This document shows positions 9,874-19,459 of a stretch of DNA of 58,615 bases, piece after piece. Each line of letters opens with the position of its first letter. Position 1 is the stretch's first letter. The notes below the pieces were generated by a model. It was not told where the DNA came from and ran no database searches. It saw nothing but the letters and a program-made list of their open reading frames with translations. The DNA comes from a virus (Duplodnaviria; Caudoviricetes), in the IMG/VR virus record IMGVR_UViG_3300043015_001060, positions 1 to 58,615 of that record, one strand, 5' to 3'. Made by a program: the position numbers and the translations under genes.

Positions 9874-10935
9874 ATGATAGTAAATTCTCACAACGATTGG
9901 GATCCTTTAGAGGAAATAATCGTTGGTCATGCCCACCATTCAAGAATAGCAACTGATATTTCAGCAAGAAGTTTCAGTTACGCAAATTTCCCAAAAGAAG
10001 ATGTAGAAAAATTAGAAGGCACTTATCCACAATGGGTAATTGATGAAGCCAACGAAGATGCAGACGGACTTGCAGATACATTAAGTAAAATGGGTGTAAA
10101 AGTACATCGCCCAAAAATTATTGATTGGGACAATGTGAATTATGACATTGGACAAGGTTGGAACACTAAAGGCTGGTACAGTTGGTGCCCCAGAGACTTA
10201 ATATTACCATTAGGTGATATGCTTATTGAAACTCCTACTCCTGTAAGAGCAAGATATTTTGAAACAAGATTATACGAAGACATTATGTATGAAGCATTTG
10301 AAGACGGTGCTTTATGGATGTCAGCACCTAAGCCAAAGTTACATGATGACATGTATACGTTTGAAGACATTGAAGACAAGCCAACGTTGTTAAACCATGA
10401 AATTTGTTTTGATGCTCCAAACATAGTAAGAGTTGGAAGAGACTTATTATACCAAGTTAGTAATAGTGGTAACATGAAAGGCTACCAGTGGTTAAAAAGA
10501 TTAGTTGAACCTATGGGTTACAAAATGCATTATAGTGAACTTTATAGTTTTGCACATTTTGATAGCACTATTGTTCCACTGAGACCTGGACTAGTGCTAA
10601 TGAATAGTTCAAGAGTAACACCAGACAACTGTCCTGAAATGTTTAAAAAGTGGGATAAGATTTGGTTTGATGATTGTGTTGTGCAGGGTAGTAAATTGGC
10701 AGACGAAGGTTACATGCCACCATGTTCACCATACATTGGAATGAATCTATTGAGTGTAGACGAGAATACAGTAGTCTTAGACTCAGCACAAGAACCTCTA
10801 ATGCGTGAACTAGACAAGTATGGTATCAATAGTGTACCTGTGCAATTCCGCCACAGTATGACGCTCTCAGGCGGCATTCATTGTGCAACACTAGACTTAA
10901 GAAGAAGAGGCACATTAGAGAGTTATTGTGATTAA
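9874..10935 (+). CDS. amidinotransferase (glycine/inosamine-phosphate amidinotransferase family)
   Basis: VNSHNDWDPLEEIIVG, CPRD, FDAPN (Asp), HFDST (His), GGIHCATLDLRRRG (Cys). Confidence 0.93.
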   Translation: MIVNSHNDWDPLEEIIVGHAHHSRIATDISARSFSYANFPKEDVEKLEGTYPQWVIDEANEDADGLADTLSKMGVKVHRPKIIDWDNVNYDIGQGWNTKGWYSWCPRDLILPLGDMLIETPTPVRARYFETRLYEDIMYEAFEDGALWMSAPKPKLHDDMYTFEDIEDKPTLLNHEICFDAPNIVRVGRDLLYQVSNSGNMKGYQWLKRLVEPMGYKMHYSELYSFAHFDSTIVPLRPGLVLMNSSRVTPDNCPEMFKKWDKIWFDDCVVQGSKLADEGYMPPCSPYIGMNLLSVDENTVVLDSAQEPLMRELDKYGINSVPVQFRHSMTLSGGIHCATLDLRRRGTLESYCD

Positions 10936-11419
10936 ATACGGAAATATAAAACTCGACATTCCACTTGCTCAATTAGAGAACTTGAGATTCGAAGATTATT
11001 TTCAGTGCTATCAACAATATGATGCAATAAAAAAATATTACACAAAACATAATAGCAGTATATGGCAAATGTTTGAGACAGCACCACAATGGGTGCATGA
11101 CCTAGCATTAAAGATTCCACAAAATTACGATCATCATGTTGTGAGTGTGATTAACATAGAACCAGGACAAACAATTCCACATCATGTTGACAAACATTTT
11201 AAACTTAAACAGGAACATGGCGAAGGCGAAAGTTATCGTTACTTAATATTTTTAGAAGATTGGAAACGTGGGCACTATTATGAAGTGCATGATCAACCTT
11301 TTACAAAATGGCGTAAAGGTGATTGGGTAAAGTTTGGCATAGATGATTGGCACATAGCAGGCAATATGGGAGATGCACCATTTTATTCTGCACAGATTAC
11401 AGTACTTAAAAATGCATAA
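10928..11419 (+). CDS. 2OG-Fe(II) dioxygenase-like (cupin/DSBH) protein
   Basis: PGQTIPHHVD...WHIAGN gives an HxD...H triad. Confidence 0.75.
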   Translation: MIKYGNIKLDIPLAQLENLRFEDYFQCYQQYDAIKKYYTKHNSSIWQMFETAPQWVHDLALKIPQNYDHHVVSVINIEPGQTIPHHVDKHFKLKQEHGEGESYRYLIFLEDWKRGHYYEVHDQPFTKWRKGDWVKFGIDDWHIAGNMGDAPFYSAQITVLKNA

Positions 11420-11957
11420 AGGCCATGTAGATATAGAACATATAACAGATGAAATGTTATATAGGCTCAAATTCACAGAACATACTAATACTGTTTACAG
11501 TGGAGGTTACTGGAAAAGTTTAGGAGTAGCAGTTCCTGACTATCCACATGATGCTCCTTGGGTATGGCAAGTATTTGAAGATGACTGCCCTAGTTGGGTA
11601 CATAGTGTGTACGATAATTTTAGTGACTGGTTACACTATGGTATAGTTACAATTAATAAATTAATGCCAGGAAGATTTATTGCTCCTCATGTCGATACTT
11701 TATACAAAATGCGTAAGAAAGTAGAACGTGAAAACATGAATACAAAAGGTATGGAACCTGTTAGAGTAAATCTATTTTTACAAGATAGGCTAATGGGACA
11801 CTACATTGAAATAGAAAACGAATCTTGGTTAGATTATAAGAAAGGTGATTATACTATTATAACACCTAATACTGTTCATTCAGTTGCTAACTTAGGATAT
11901 GAGCCGAGATTTACGATGCAAATTACAGGTTATACAAAAACTGAGGATATACAATGA
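11412..11957 (+). CDS. 2OG-Fe(II) dioxygenase-like (cupin/DSBH) protein
   Basis: PGRFIAPHVD...VHSVAN..PRFTMQIT; start moved to ATG 11412. Confidence 0.8.
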   Translation: MHKGHVDIEHITDEMLYRLKFTEHTNTVYSGGYWKSLGVAVPDYPHDAPWVWQVFEDDCPSWVHSVYDNFSDWLHYGIVTINKLMPGRFIAPHVDTLYKMRKKVERENMNTKGMEPVRVNLFLQDRLMGHYIEIENESWLDYKKGDYTIITPNTVHSVANLGYEPRFTMQITGYTKTEDIQ

Positions 11958-12910
11958 GAATCTTTATAACAGGCGCAGACGGATTTATCGGTCAGCATAT
12001 GGTACAACGGCTTAAAGACAACCACGAATTAGAGTTTTTAAAAGAAGATCTAAGAGATCATGCTAAAGTAGGATTTCAAATTAAACAATTTGATCCAGAA
12101 GTAATTGTGCATTTAGCCGCAAGAACAGAAGTACAAGAAAGTTTCTATGAGCAAATAACTTTTAGCGAAGTAAATTACGTTGGTACTGTAAATTTAATTG
12201 AAATTGCGGCAACACTACCTAATTTGAAAAATTTTGTATTTGCAAGTACAATGGAAGTATATGGTTGGCAACCTATAAGTGATTTGATTAGAGACGGAAA
12301 AGAAGAAGGCATTATTGCATTCAATGAAGCAACGCCTCCAAATCCTAATGCCCCCTACGCCGTTGCAAAGTATGGCTGTGAAAAATACTTAGAGTATGCT
12401 CACAGAAGTTATGGATTGCCTTTTACTGCTATTAGGCAAACAAATGCATACGGTAGAAAAGACAATGACTTTTTTGTAACAGAGCAAATTATTACACAAA
12501 TGTTAAAAAATCCCAAAGAGATTAACTTAGGATATGGTGAGCCATACAGAAACTTTATTTACATTGATGATTTATTAGATGCCTGGCAGGCAGTGATTGA
12601 GAATCCTGATAAATGCCAAGGAGAAATATTTTGCATAGGACCTGATAATGCAATCAAGATCAAAGACTATGTAAAATTAATTGCTGATAAATTAGATTGG
12701 AACGGACATGTAAATTGGAATACTAAACCTCCTAGACCAGGAGAAATTTATCTACTTAACAGCACGAATCACAAAATCACAACTAGGTTAGGCTGGTTTC
12801 CTAAAGTAGAATTAAGTGACGGTTTAGATAAAACTATTGCAGTTTGGAAAGATATAATAGAAAACGATAAACCTCACAATCAAAGAAAAAACTTCAGCAG
12901 AGGAAAATAG
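11954..12910 (+). CDS. NAD-dependent NDP-sugar epimerase/dehydratase
   Basis: TGADGFIG, HLAA, ASTMEVYG, YAVAK (YxxxK), NFIYIDD. Confidence 0.92.
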   Translation: MRIFITGADGFIGQHMVQRLKDNHELEFLKEDLRDHAKVGFQIKQFDPEVIVHLAARTEVQESFYEQITFSEVNYVGTVNLIEIAATLPNLKNFVFASTMEVYGWQPISDLIRDGKEEGIIAFNEATPPNPNAPYAVAKYGCEKYLEYAHRSYGLPFTAIRQTNAYGRKDNDFFVTEQIITQMLKNPKEINLGYGEPYRNFIYIDDLLDAWQAVIENPDKCQGEIFCIGPDNAIKIKDYVKLIADKLDWNGHVNWNTKPPRPGEIYLLNSTNHKITTRLGWFPKVELSDGLDKTIAVWKDIIENDKPHNQRKNFSRGK

Positions 12911-12917
12911 ATAAGAC

Positions 12918-12945
12918 TTGACAAATAACTAAGTAGTGCTATACT
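12918..12945 (+). promoter_or_regulatory. sigma70-type promoter
   Basis: TTGACA-N16-TATACT with an extended TG. Confidence 0.75.
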
Positions 12946-12965
12946 AACTTTTTATTGGAGTATCT

Positions 12966-13202
12966 ATGGACTTTTTTCAGATTACTATTTTTATGATTTT
13001 TATTCTATTGAATTCATATTTCTCATATTCTGCTGGTAAAAAAGAGGGTATGTACCAAGGAATGATAAGTATTACTCAGTTTTTTAAGACAAAGAACGCA
13101 TTTGTTGATAAAAACAAAATAACAGGATATAAAAATTGGCCTACACCAATTAGACACATTTTTCAATCTTCTATACATATTATTGAAGATATGAAAAAAT
13201 AA
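12966..13202 (+). CDS. small membrane protein
   Basis: GGAG RBS; hydrophobic N-terminus. Confidence 0.6.
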   Translation: MDFFQITIFMIFILLNSYFSYSAGKKEGMYQGMISITQFFKTKNAFVDKNKITGYKNWPTPIRHIFQSSIHIIEDMKK

Positions 13203-13219
13203 ATGAAACAATATTTACT

Positions 13220-14365
13220 ATGCCTAGAAGAAAGAAAACAAAATCGCTTTACTTGTTAAAGGAACCTGATTGGAAACAATTATCATTACTTACGGAACTT
13301 GCAGATCAAAAAAAAGCATTAGCACATTGCGAGTATTTTGTACATTATGAAATACACACAAAGAAAAAACAAGAAGCACTTATTAATTGGATAAAAAAAC
13401 AAAGTGGTTGGAGTAAACAAGATATAAAATATATTTTAAGTATTGACAAAGGGTATTTTTCATCGATGGGCAAAACGGCCTGGACTGCTGAAAAATTAGG
13501 TTATTGGCCTGAAGGTACAATTGAACACATACATGAAAAATGTAAACCTCATTGGTTACAACTTGGAAAAAAAGCATTTGCAGAAAAAGTTGACAAACAA
13601 GACAAGAAAAAAGATGTTAAAGTAATTAGTATACAAGATCGTATGAGAGAACAGGTTTCTACACTATGTGGCAAATGGGAAGCAGTATTAGATCAATTCT
13701 TAGAATCAGATGACTTTGATTTAAAGGCATTTGACCCTTACAACGATATGAGGGCTCACACTCCTGCTATAAAACCAGCACATGCTAAAATTATTAAAGA
13801 ATTATTTGATTGCGAATATCAAGAAGCATTAGAAGTGTTTGCTTGGAAGGATGAAGATATAAAAGAAGCATATAGTCATTTTGATAAAAAGATGAGAAAG
13901 AACTTTCTAGCATTTTTTGAAAAAATTAATAGTGCAACAGACACATTGATTCAAACTGGCAAAGCACAACGCAAGCCGCGTAAACCTAAAGCAATTAATA
14001 AAGACAAACTAATTAGTAAACTTAAATTTAAAATTAATGATAGTGATTTAGGCATAGCAAGTATTCACCCAATAGATATTTTAGATGCATCAGAAGTTTG
14101 GGTTTATAATACTAAAAATAGAAAATTAGGTGTGTATAAAAAATCAATAACATCAATTGGCTTAACTGTAAAAGGTACCTCTATAAGAGATTTTTCAGAG
14201 ACTAGTAGTTGGCAAAAAACATTGCGTAAACCAGCGGAACAATTAAAGTTGTTTACTGGTAATGCAAAAACAAAGTATCAATCTGCATTTGATGATATAA
14301 ATGCTACTGAAATAAAACTTAATGGTAGACTTAACGAGCATATCATTATACTTAAAGCATTTTAG
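13220..14365 (+). CDS. hypothetical protein, resembles a conserved T4-like phage family
   Basis: C-terminal WVYNTKNRKLGVY...VKGTSI...KTLRKP...NGRLNE. Confidence 0.65.
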   Translation: MPRRKKTKSLYLLKEPDWKQLSLLTELADQKKALAHCEYFVHYEIHTKKKQEALINWIKKQSGWSKQDIKYILSIDKGYFSSMGKTAWTAEKLGYWPEGTIEHIHEKCKPHWLQLGKKAFAEKVDKQDKKKDVKVISIQDRMREQVSTLCGKWEAVLDQFLESDDFDLKAFDPYNDMRAHTPAIKPAHAKIIKELFDCEYQEALEVFAWKDEDIKEAYSHFDKKMRKNFLAFFEKINSATDTLIQTGKAQRKPRKPKAINKDKLISKLKFKINDSDLGIASIHPIDILDASEVWVYNTKNRKLGVYKKSITSIGLTVKGTSIRDFSETSSWQKTLRKPAEQLKLFTGNAKTKYQSAFDDINATEIKLNGRLNEHIIILKAF

Positions 14366-14388
14366 TATGAATTCTGATAAATAGTACT

Positions 14389-15150
14389 ATGCCGCAAGAT
14401 CAAATAGGATATAAAAGTAGAGAAGACCTTATAAAAGAGTTGCAATTACGATTGGCTGACGGAATGGTAGATGTCGAATTAGACAGAGGTCATTACGATG
14501 TTGCAATAGATAAAGCATTAGCAATCTATAGACAGTTAAGTGCAGGCTCAGTAGAAGAAAGTATTATATTTTTAACTACTCAAGATGGTGTTACTGAATA
14601 CACTCTCCCAGATGAAGTTATGGAAGTTAGAAGAATGTATCGTAGAGGTATAGGTACTAACAGCGGTGGCGGTACTAACTTTGATCCATTTGATGTTGCA
14701 TTCAACAATATGTACATGCTACAAGCCGGCCAAATAGGCGGACTTGCAGTATTTGATGCATTTGCACAATATAAAGAAACAATCGGGCGTATTTTTGGAA
14801 GTGAGTATAATTTTCTTTGGAATAGAAATACTAAACAGTTAAAAATTTTAAGAAACATACGTCACGAGGAAGAAATTGCTGTAGGTGTGTATAACTTTAT
14901 TCCAGAAAGTTTATTATTAAAAGACATATACGCAAGTAATTGGCTAGGTACCTACGCATTAGCACAAAGTAAAATGATGCTAGGTGAAGCAAGAAGTAAA
15001 TATCAATCAGGCTTACCAGGCGCCGGCGGAGCAATTCAGTTAAATGGCGAGGCTCTAAAAGCAGAAGCACAGGCAATGATCGATAGTCTCAAAGAAAGCA
15101 TTCATAATATGGAAGAAGGCAATATGCCTTTAAACTTTATAATAGGATAA
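14389..15150 (+). CDS. neck protein, T4 gp13-like
   Basis: LRLADGMVDVELD...KMMLGEARSKY...GAIQLNGEAL...PLNFIIG; GATAAATA at 14376-14383. Confidence 0.85.
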   Translation: MPQDQIGYKSREDLIKELQLRLADGMVDVELDRGHYDVAIDKALAIYRQLSAGSVEESIIFLTTQDGVTEYTLPDEVMEVRRMYRRGIGTNSGGGTNFDPFDVAFNNMYMLQAGQIGGLAVFDAFAQYKETIGRIFGSEYNFLWNRNTKQLKILRNIRHEEEIAVGVYNFIPESLLLKDIYASNWLGTYALAQSKMMLGEARSKYQSGLPGAGGAIQLNGEALKAEAQAMIDSLKESIHNMEEGNMPLNFIIG

Positions 15151-15151
15151 T

Positions 15152-15814
15152 ATGATCATAGGTATTTGTGGATTTATTGGTAGCGGTAAAGATACAGTAG
15201 CAAAAATGATGGTAGACAAAGGCTGTGTTCAAGACAGTTTTGCGGCACCAGTTAAAGATGTTTGCTCTAGTATATTTGGCTGGTCCAGAGAACTATTAGA
15301 AGGCGATACTGTAGAAAGTAGAGACTTTCGAGAAACTCCAGACTTATACTGGACTAGTAAATTAGGCGTACCAAATTTTACTCCCAGACTAGCACTACAA
15401 TTATTAGGAACAGATGTATTAAGAAACCATTTTGACCAAGATATTTGGATTAATAGTTTAGAATATCGTATGCGTAAATTAACAGAACAAGCACCATGCG
15501 TAGTTATAAGCGATGCTAGATTCAGAAATGAACTAGATGTTATAAAAAGAATGGGCGGAGTTGTTGTTTGGGTACAACGCGGAGAGTTACCTGAATGGTT
15601 CGAAACGGCATCTAAGGCACACGACAACGTCGTTGCTAAGAAGATAATGACAACTAAGTACAAAGATGTACATGAAAGCGAATGGAACTGGGCAGGGTAT
15701 CCTGTAGACTATATAATTGATAATAATAGTGATCTAGACCATTTAGCAAAGCAAATAGAAGATATAAGAGACTGGAATACTGGTAAGTTTAGAGAATCTC
15801 TTAAATTAATATAA
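15152..15814 (+). CDS. deoxynucleoside monophosphate kinase (T4 gp1-like)
   Basis: GICGFIGSGKDT, FAAPVKD, RLALQLLGT, SDARFRNE, HESE. Confidence 0.92.
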   Translation: MIIGICGFIGSGKDTVAKMMVDKGCVQDSFAAPVKDVCSSIFGWSRELLEGDTVESRDFRETPDLYWTSKLGVPNFTPRLALQLLGTDVLRNHFDQDIWINSLEYRMRKLTEQAPCVVISDARFRNELDVIKRMGGVVVWVQRGELPEWFETASKAHDNVVAKKIMTTKYKDVHESEWNWAGYPVDYIIDNNSDLDHLAKQIEDIRDWNTGKFRESLKLI

Positions 15815-15865
15815 TATCGCCTAATATCGAATAATTTCCTTAAATACACAAAAATATCTATTTGT

Positions 15866-15910
15866 GATAAATATATGAATACGAGTAACGTATCTAATAT
15901 ATTAGGAGAA
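15866..15910 (+). promoter_or_regulatory. late promoter, ATACG/CGTAT hairpin and RBS of the sheath gene
   Basis: GATAAATA at 15866-15873; ATACG-AGTAA-CGTAT; AGGAG. Confidence 0.65.
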
Positions 15911-15914
15911 CATT

Positions 15915-18668
15915 ATGGCGACATTGACTAGCCCTGGTGTAAGTATAACAACATCCGACGAATCTTTCTATGCTCCTGCAGGAGCCGGTACAGTACCTTT
16001 GATTGTGATCTCAACAGCACAAGATAAATCTGCACCAGACGGAAGTGGAACAGCAAGTTACACTACATCAGCCAATGCAAACAAACTTCAATTGATTACA
16101 AGTCAAAGAGAGTTATTACAAAATTACGGAAATCCAGTATTCAAAACTAGTGGTGGAACAGCACTACATGGTAATGAACAAAATGAATATGGATTATTTG
16201 CCGCATACAGTTTTTTAGGTATTGCTAATCGAGCCTATGTCTTAAGAGCAGACATTGACTTAGAAGAGTTGACACCTAGTACTACATCACCAACTAAGAA
16301 ACCAGCCGATGGTGCTTATTGGTTAGATGCTAGTTCAACTACATGGGGTATCAAAAAATACAACGGCACAGCATGGGAATTACAAACTGTTAAAGTTCCT
16401 AGTGCAAGTGAAATTAATAGTTCAGGAAATCCAAAAACAGCATTTGGTTCTGACAACGATTTTTGTGTAGTATATTATACAGACGCTGGTGCTACTGCAA
16501 GTACTATTAAGTTTTTCCAAAAACTTAGCGGTGCATGGTATCATTTAGGTTCAAGTAATTGGACAAGTGCAGTAAGTGGATCAAACGGTGACTTCCAATT
16601 TGCAAGTCATTTGTTAATACCTACAACTAAAGGTGGAGGCGGATCCTTAACATCAGGTGATGTATTTTTACAAACAACAACATCAAACAATGGTTCTAAT
16701 GTTATTGTTAAAAAATATTCCACATCAAGTGCTCAATTCACAACTGAAAGTATCGTATTAAAAACACTTTCGAATTCAGTTTATGCAAATGATTATCCAA
16801 CTCCAACAGTTGGCGATCTTTGGGCAGATGCAGACGACTCTAACTTAGGAACAATTAATTTAACAAGACATAATGGTGGAACAAGTTTAAGTGCTACATC
16901 AACAACTGCTTTAGCAGACGGAGTTGATCTTAGTGCTCATACAGGAAAAACATCAATTGGTTTTAAAATTAATCATGGTTCACAGGTAAATGTAACATTA
17001 GCAAATGTTGATGGTTCTAATGTTACTTCAGTATCCGTTGACGATATTGCGGCTTCTATTACTAATGCATTAAGTTCTAATGTTGCAACAGCAAGTAATG
17101 TAGAAGGTAAGTTGAGTATTACTGTAAGCAATGGTACTGATTTAGAAGTTATAGACGGTAATGTTGCAGGATTTACAGCATCAAACTTAAATTTAACAGC
17201 ACAGATTTATTCAAACTTTGCAGATTTAAGTTATGAAGCAAGTTCAACAGCAATTACTGGTAACCCAGTAGAAGGCACTTTATGGTATGATAACAATGTT
17301 TCAAATACTAACATTGATATGTTATATCAAAATGCTGGCTCATGGGCAACATATTCAAATGATGTTCAATTTGCCGCAAGTGCACCAACACTACAAAGCG
17401 ATGGTTCAAGTTCATTGGTAACTGGCGATTTATGGATTGACAGCAGTGACTTAGAAAACTTCCCTGTAATTTATAAAAGATCAGCAACTTCAACTTGGGT
17501 ACTAGTAGATAATACAGACCAAGTATCTGAAGATGGTATTTTATTTGCAGATTACAGAGCAAGTTCATCAGGTAGTGCATACTCAGACGCACCAAGTGCC
17601 GCATTATATCCAAGTGGTATGTTGCTATGGAACAAGTCTGCATCAGTTGGTAATATTAAATCATATGATGCAACAAACAGCAGATGGGTTGATTACAGTG
17701 GTAACAAAGAAGACGGTTCACCTTACATGATGCGTAAAGCACAAAGAAAGGCAGTAACTAAAGCATTACAATCAACATTAAACAGCAACGATGCAATAAG
17801 AAATGAATCTAATAGATTTAATATCTTAGCAGTTCCTGGATATGGTGAATGTTTAGATGAAATGTTAGCACTAAGCACATCTAGAAAAGACACAGTATTT
17901 TGTGTAGCAGACGCACCATTTAGATTGGCCGCAGACGCAACAAGCACTCAAAACTGGGCAACTAATTCTAGTATTGCTACTGAGAACGGTGAAGATGGAC
18001 TTGTAAGTAGTTCTTACAACGCCGCAGTATATTATCCACATGGATTAGCAAGTAACCTAGACGGTACTAACGTAATGGTTCCTGCTTCGCACATGGCTTT
18101 GAGAACTATAGCATTTAATGACCAGGTATCATTCCCATGGTTTGCACCAGCAGGCTTCCAAAGAGGTCTTGTTAATAATGCTACAAGCACAGGATACTTA
18201 GATTCAACTACTGGAGAATTCCAATCAGTTAGTTTAAGTGAAGGACAAAGAGACAGTCTTTACCTTAACAAAATTAACCCTGTTGGAAACTTCCCAGGTA
18301 GAGGTATTGCAGTATTTGGACAAAAAACTTTGAATCCAAGTGCAAGTGCATTAGATAGAATTAATGTAGCAAGATTGGTTATTTACATCAGAGAACAACT
18401 TGATGATGCAGTAAAACCGTTCTTGTTCGAACCAAACGACGAAGTAACTAGAGCAAATGCTAAAGTAGTAGTTGATAGATTCTTAGGCCAATTGGTAACA
18501 CAAAGAGGTTTATTTGACTTTATCACAGTTTGCGACACTACTAATAACACTCCAGCAAGGATTGACAGAAATGAATTGCATATTGATATTGCTATTCAAC
18601 CTGTTAAAGCAGTTGAGTTTATTTACATTCCGATCAGAATTCAAAATACTTTGGGTTCAACAGGCTAA
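15915..18668 (+). CDS. contractile tail sheath protein (gp18-like)
   Basis: SPGVSITTSDES, WFAPAGFQRG, GQKTL...ALDRINVARL, PFLFEPND, QPVKAVEFIYI. Confidence 0.97.
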   Translation: MATLTSPGVSITTSDESFYAPAGAGTVPLIVISTAQDKSAPDGSGTASYTTSANANKLQLITSQRELLQNYGNPVFKTSGGTALHGNEQNEYGLFAAYSFLGIANRAYVLRADIDLEELTPSTTSPTKKPADGAYWLDASSTTWGIKKYNGTAWELQTVKVPSASEINSSGNPKTAFGSDNDFCVVYYTDAGATASTIKFFQKLSGAWYHLGSSNWTSAVSGSNGDFQFASHLLIPTTKGGGGSLTSGDVFLQTTTSNNGSNVIVKKYSTSSAQFTTESIVLKTLSNSVYANDYPTPTVGDLWADADDSNLGTINLTRHNGGTSLSATSTTALADGVDLSAHTGKTSIGFKINHGSQVNVTLANVDGSNVTSVSVDDIAASITNALSSNVATASNVEGKLSITVSNGTDLEVIDGNVAGFTASNLNLTAQIYSNFADLSYEASSTAITGNPVEGTLWYDNNVSNTNIDMLYQNAGSWATYSNDVQFAASAPTLQSDGSSSLVTGDLWIDSSDLENFPVIYKRSATSTWVLVDNTDQVSEDGILFADYRASSSGSAYSDAPSAALYPSGMLLWNKSASVGNIKSYDATNSRWVDYSGNKEDGSPYMMRKAQRKAVTKALQSTLNSNDAIRNESNRFNILAVPGYGECLDEMLALSTSRKDTVFCVADAPFRLAADATSTQNWATNSSIATENGEDGLVSSSYNAAVYYPHGLASNLDGTNVMVPASHMALRTIAFNDQVSFPWFAPAGFQRGLVNNATSTGYLDSTTGEFQSVSLSEGQRDSLYLNKINPVGNFPGRGIAVFGQKTLNPSASALDRINVARLVIYIREQLDDAVKPFLFEPNDEVTRANAKVVVDRFLGQLVTQRGLFDFITVCDTTNNTPARIDRNELHIDIAIQPVKAVEFIYIPIRIQNTLGSTG

Positions 18669-18687
18669 GTTATACCCTAACTTAGAT

Positions 18688-18717
18688 AAAAGGGCAGTTT
18701 TTACTGCCCTTTTTTTT
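18688..18717 (+). terminator. rho-independent terminator
   Basis: AAAAGGGCAGT-TTTT-ACTGCCCTTTT followed by a T tract. Confidence 0.85.
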
Positions 18718-18798
18718 ATGCCATAATTAAAACTAGAGTTTACTTTTTTCTCCTTATTATGATAAATATTAGCATAATATAGCCCTTAGGAGAAAAAT

Positions 18799-19437
18799 AT
18801 GGCAGTATCAAGTGCAACAACAGAAACTAAGAGTAAGTTTGGTGTTCCTGTAACAGGTGCTACCGGTTCTGGCATTTTGATGCCAAAACTAAAGTACAGA
18901 TTTAGAGTCAGTTTCTTAAACAACTTCGGCGGCACGCCAGAAGCAAAAGTTTTGACTCAAAACGTTCAGAATGTTGGTAGACCAAAAATTACTTACGAAG
19001 AAATAATAATTGATAGTTATAACTCAAGAAGTTACCTTCAAGGTAAACATACATGGGATCAAATTACATGTATAATTAGGGATGATATAACTAACCAGGT
19101 CACTAAGCAAATAGGGGCTCAGGTTCAAAGACAACTTAACCATTTTCAACAAACAACACCAGCGGCAGGTTCAGACTACAAATTTGATATGCAAATTGAA
19201 GTACTAGACGGTGTCAACGCAGGTGCTACTGAAGTTTGGTTCTTAGAAGGCTGTTTCTTACAAAACGTTGATTACAGTGAAGGCGACTATTCTGTAAATG
19301 ATGCAGTAACAGTAACAATGACTATCAGATATGATAACGCAACTCACTTTGAAGGTGATAACGATATTAATGGTAGAACAGTAGCAGGAAATCCATTCCC
19401 GGATACAGTACCAACCAATTCAACAATTAGTACTTAA
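18799..19437 (+). CDS. tail tube protein (gp19-like)
   Basis: Follows the sheath gene; PKLKYRFRV, GKHTWDQITCIIRDD, WFLEGCF, MTIRYD; GATAAATA at 18761-18768. Confidence 0.9.
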   Translation: MAVSSATTETKSKFGVPVTGATGSGILMPKLKYRFRVSFLNNFGGTPEAKVLTQNVQNVGRPKITYEEIIIDSYNSRSYLQGKHTWDQITCIIRDDITNQVTKQIGAQVQRQLNHFQQTTPAAGSDYKFDMQIEVLDGVNAGATEVWFLEGCFLQNVDYSEGDYSVNDAVTVTMTIRYDNATHFEGDNDINGRTVAGNPFPDTVPTNSTIST

Positions 19438-19459
19438 TACTAATTGACGTGTTCAAGTT

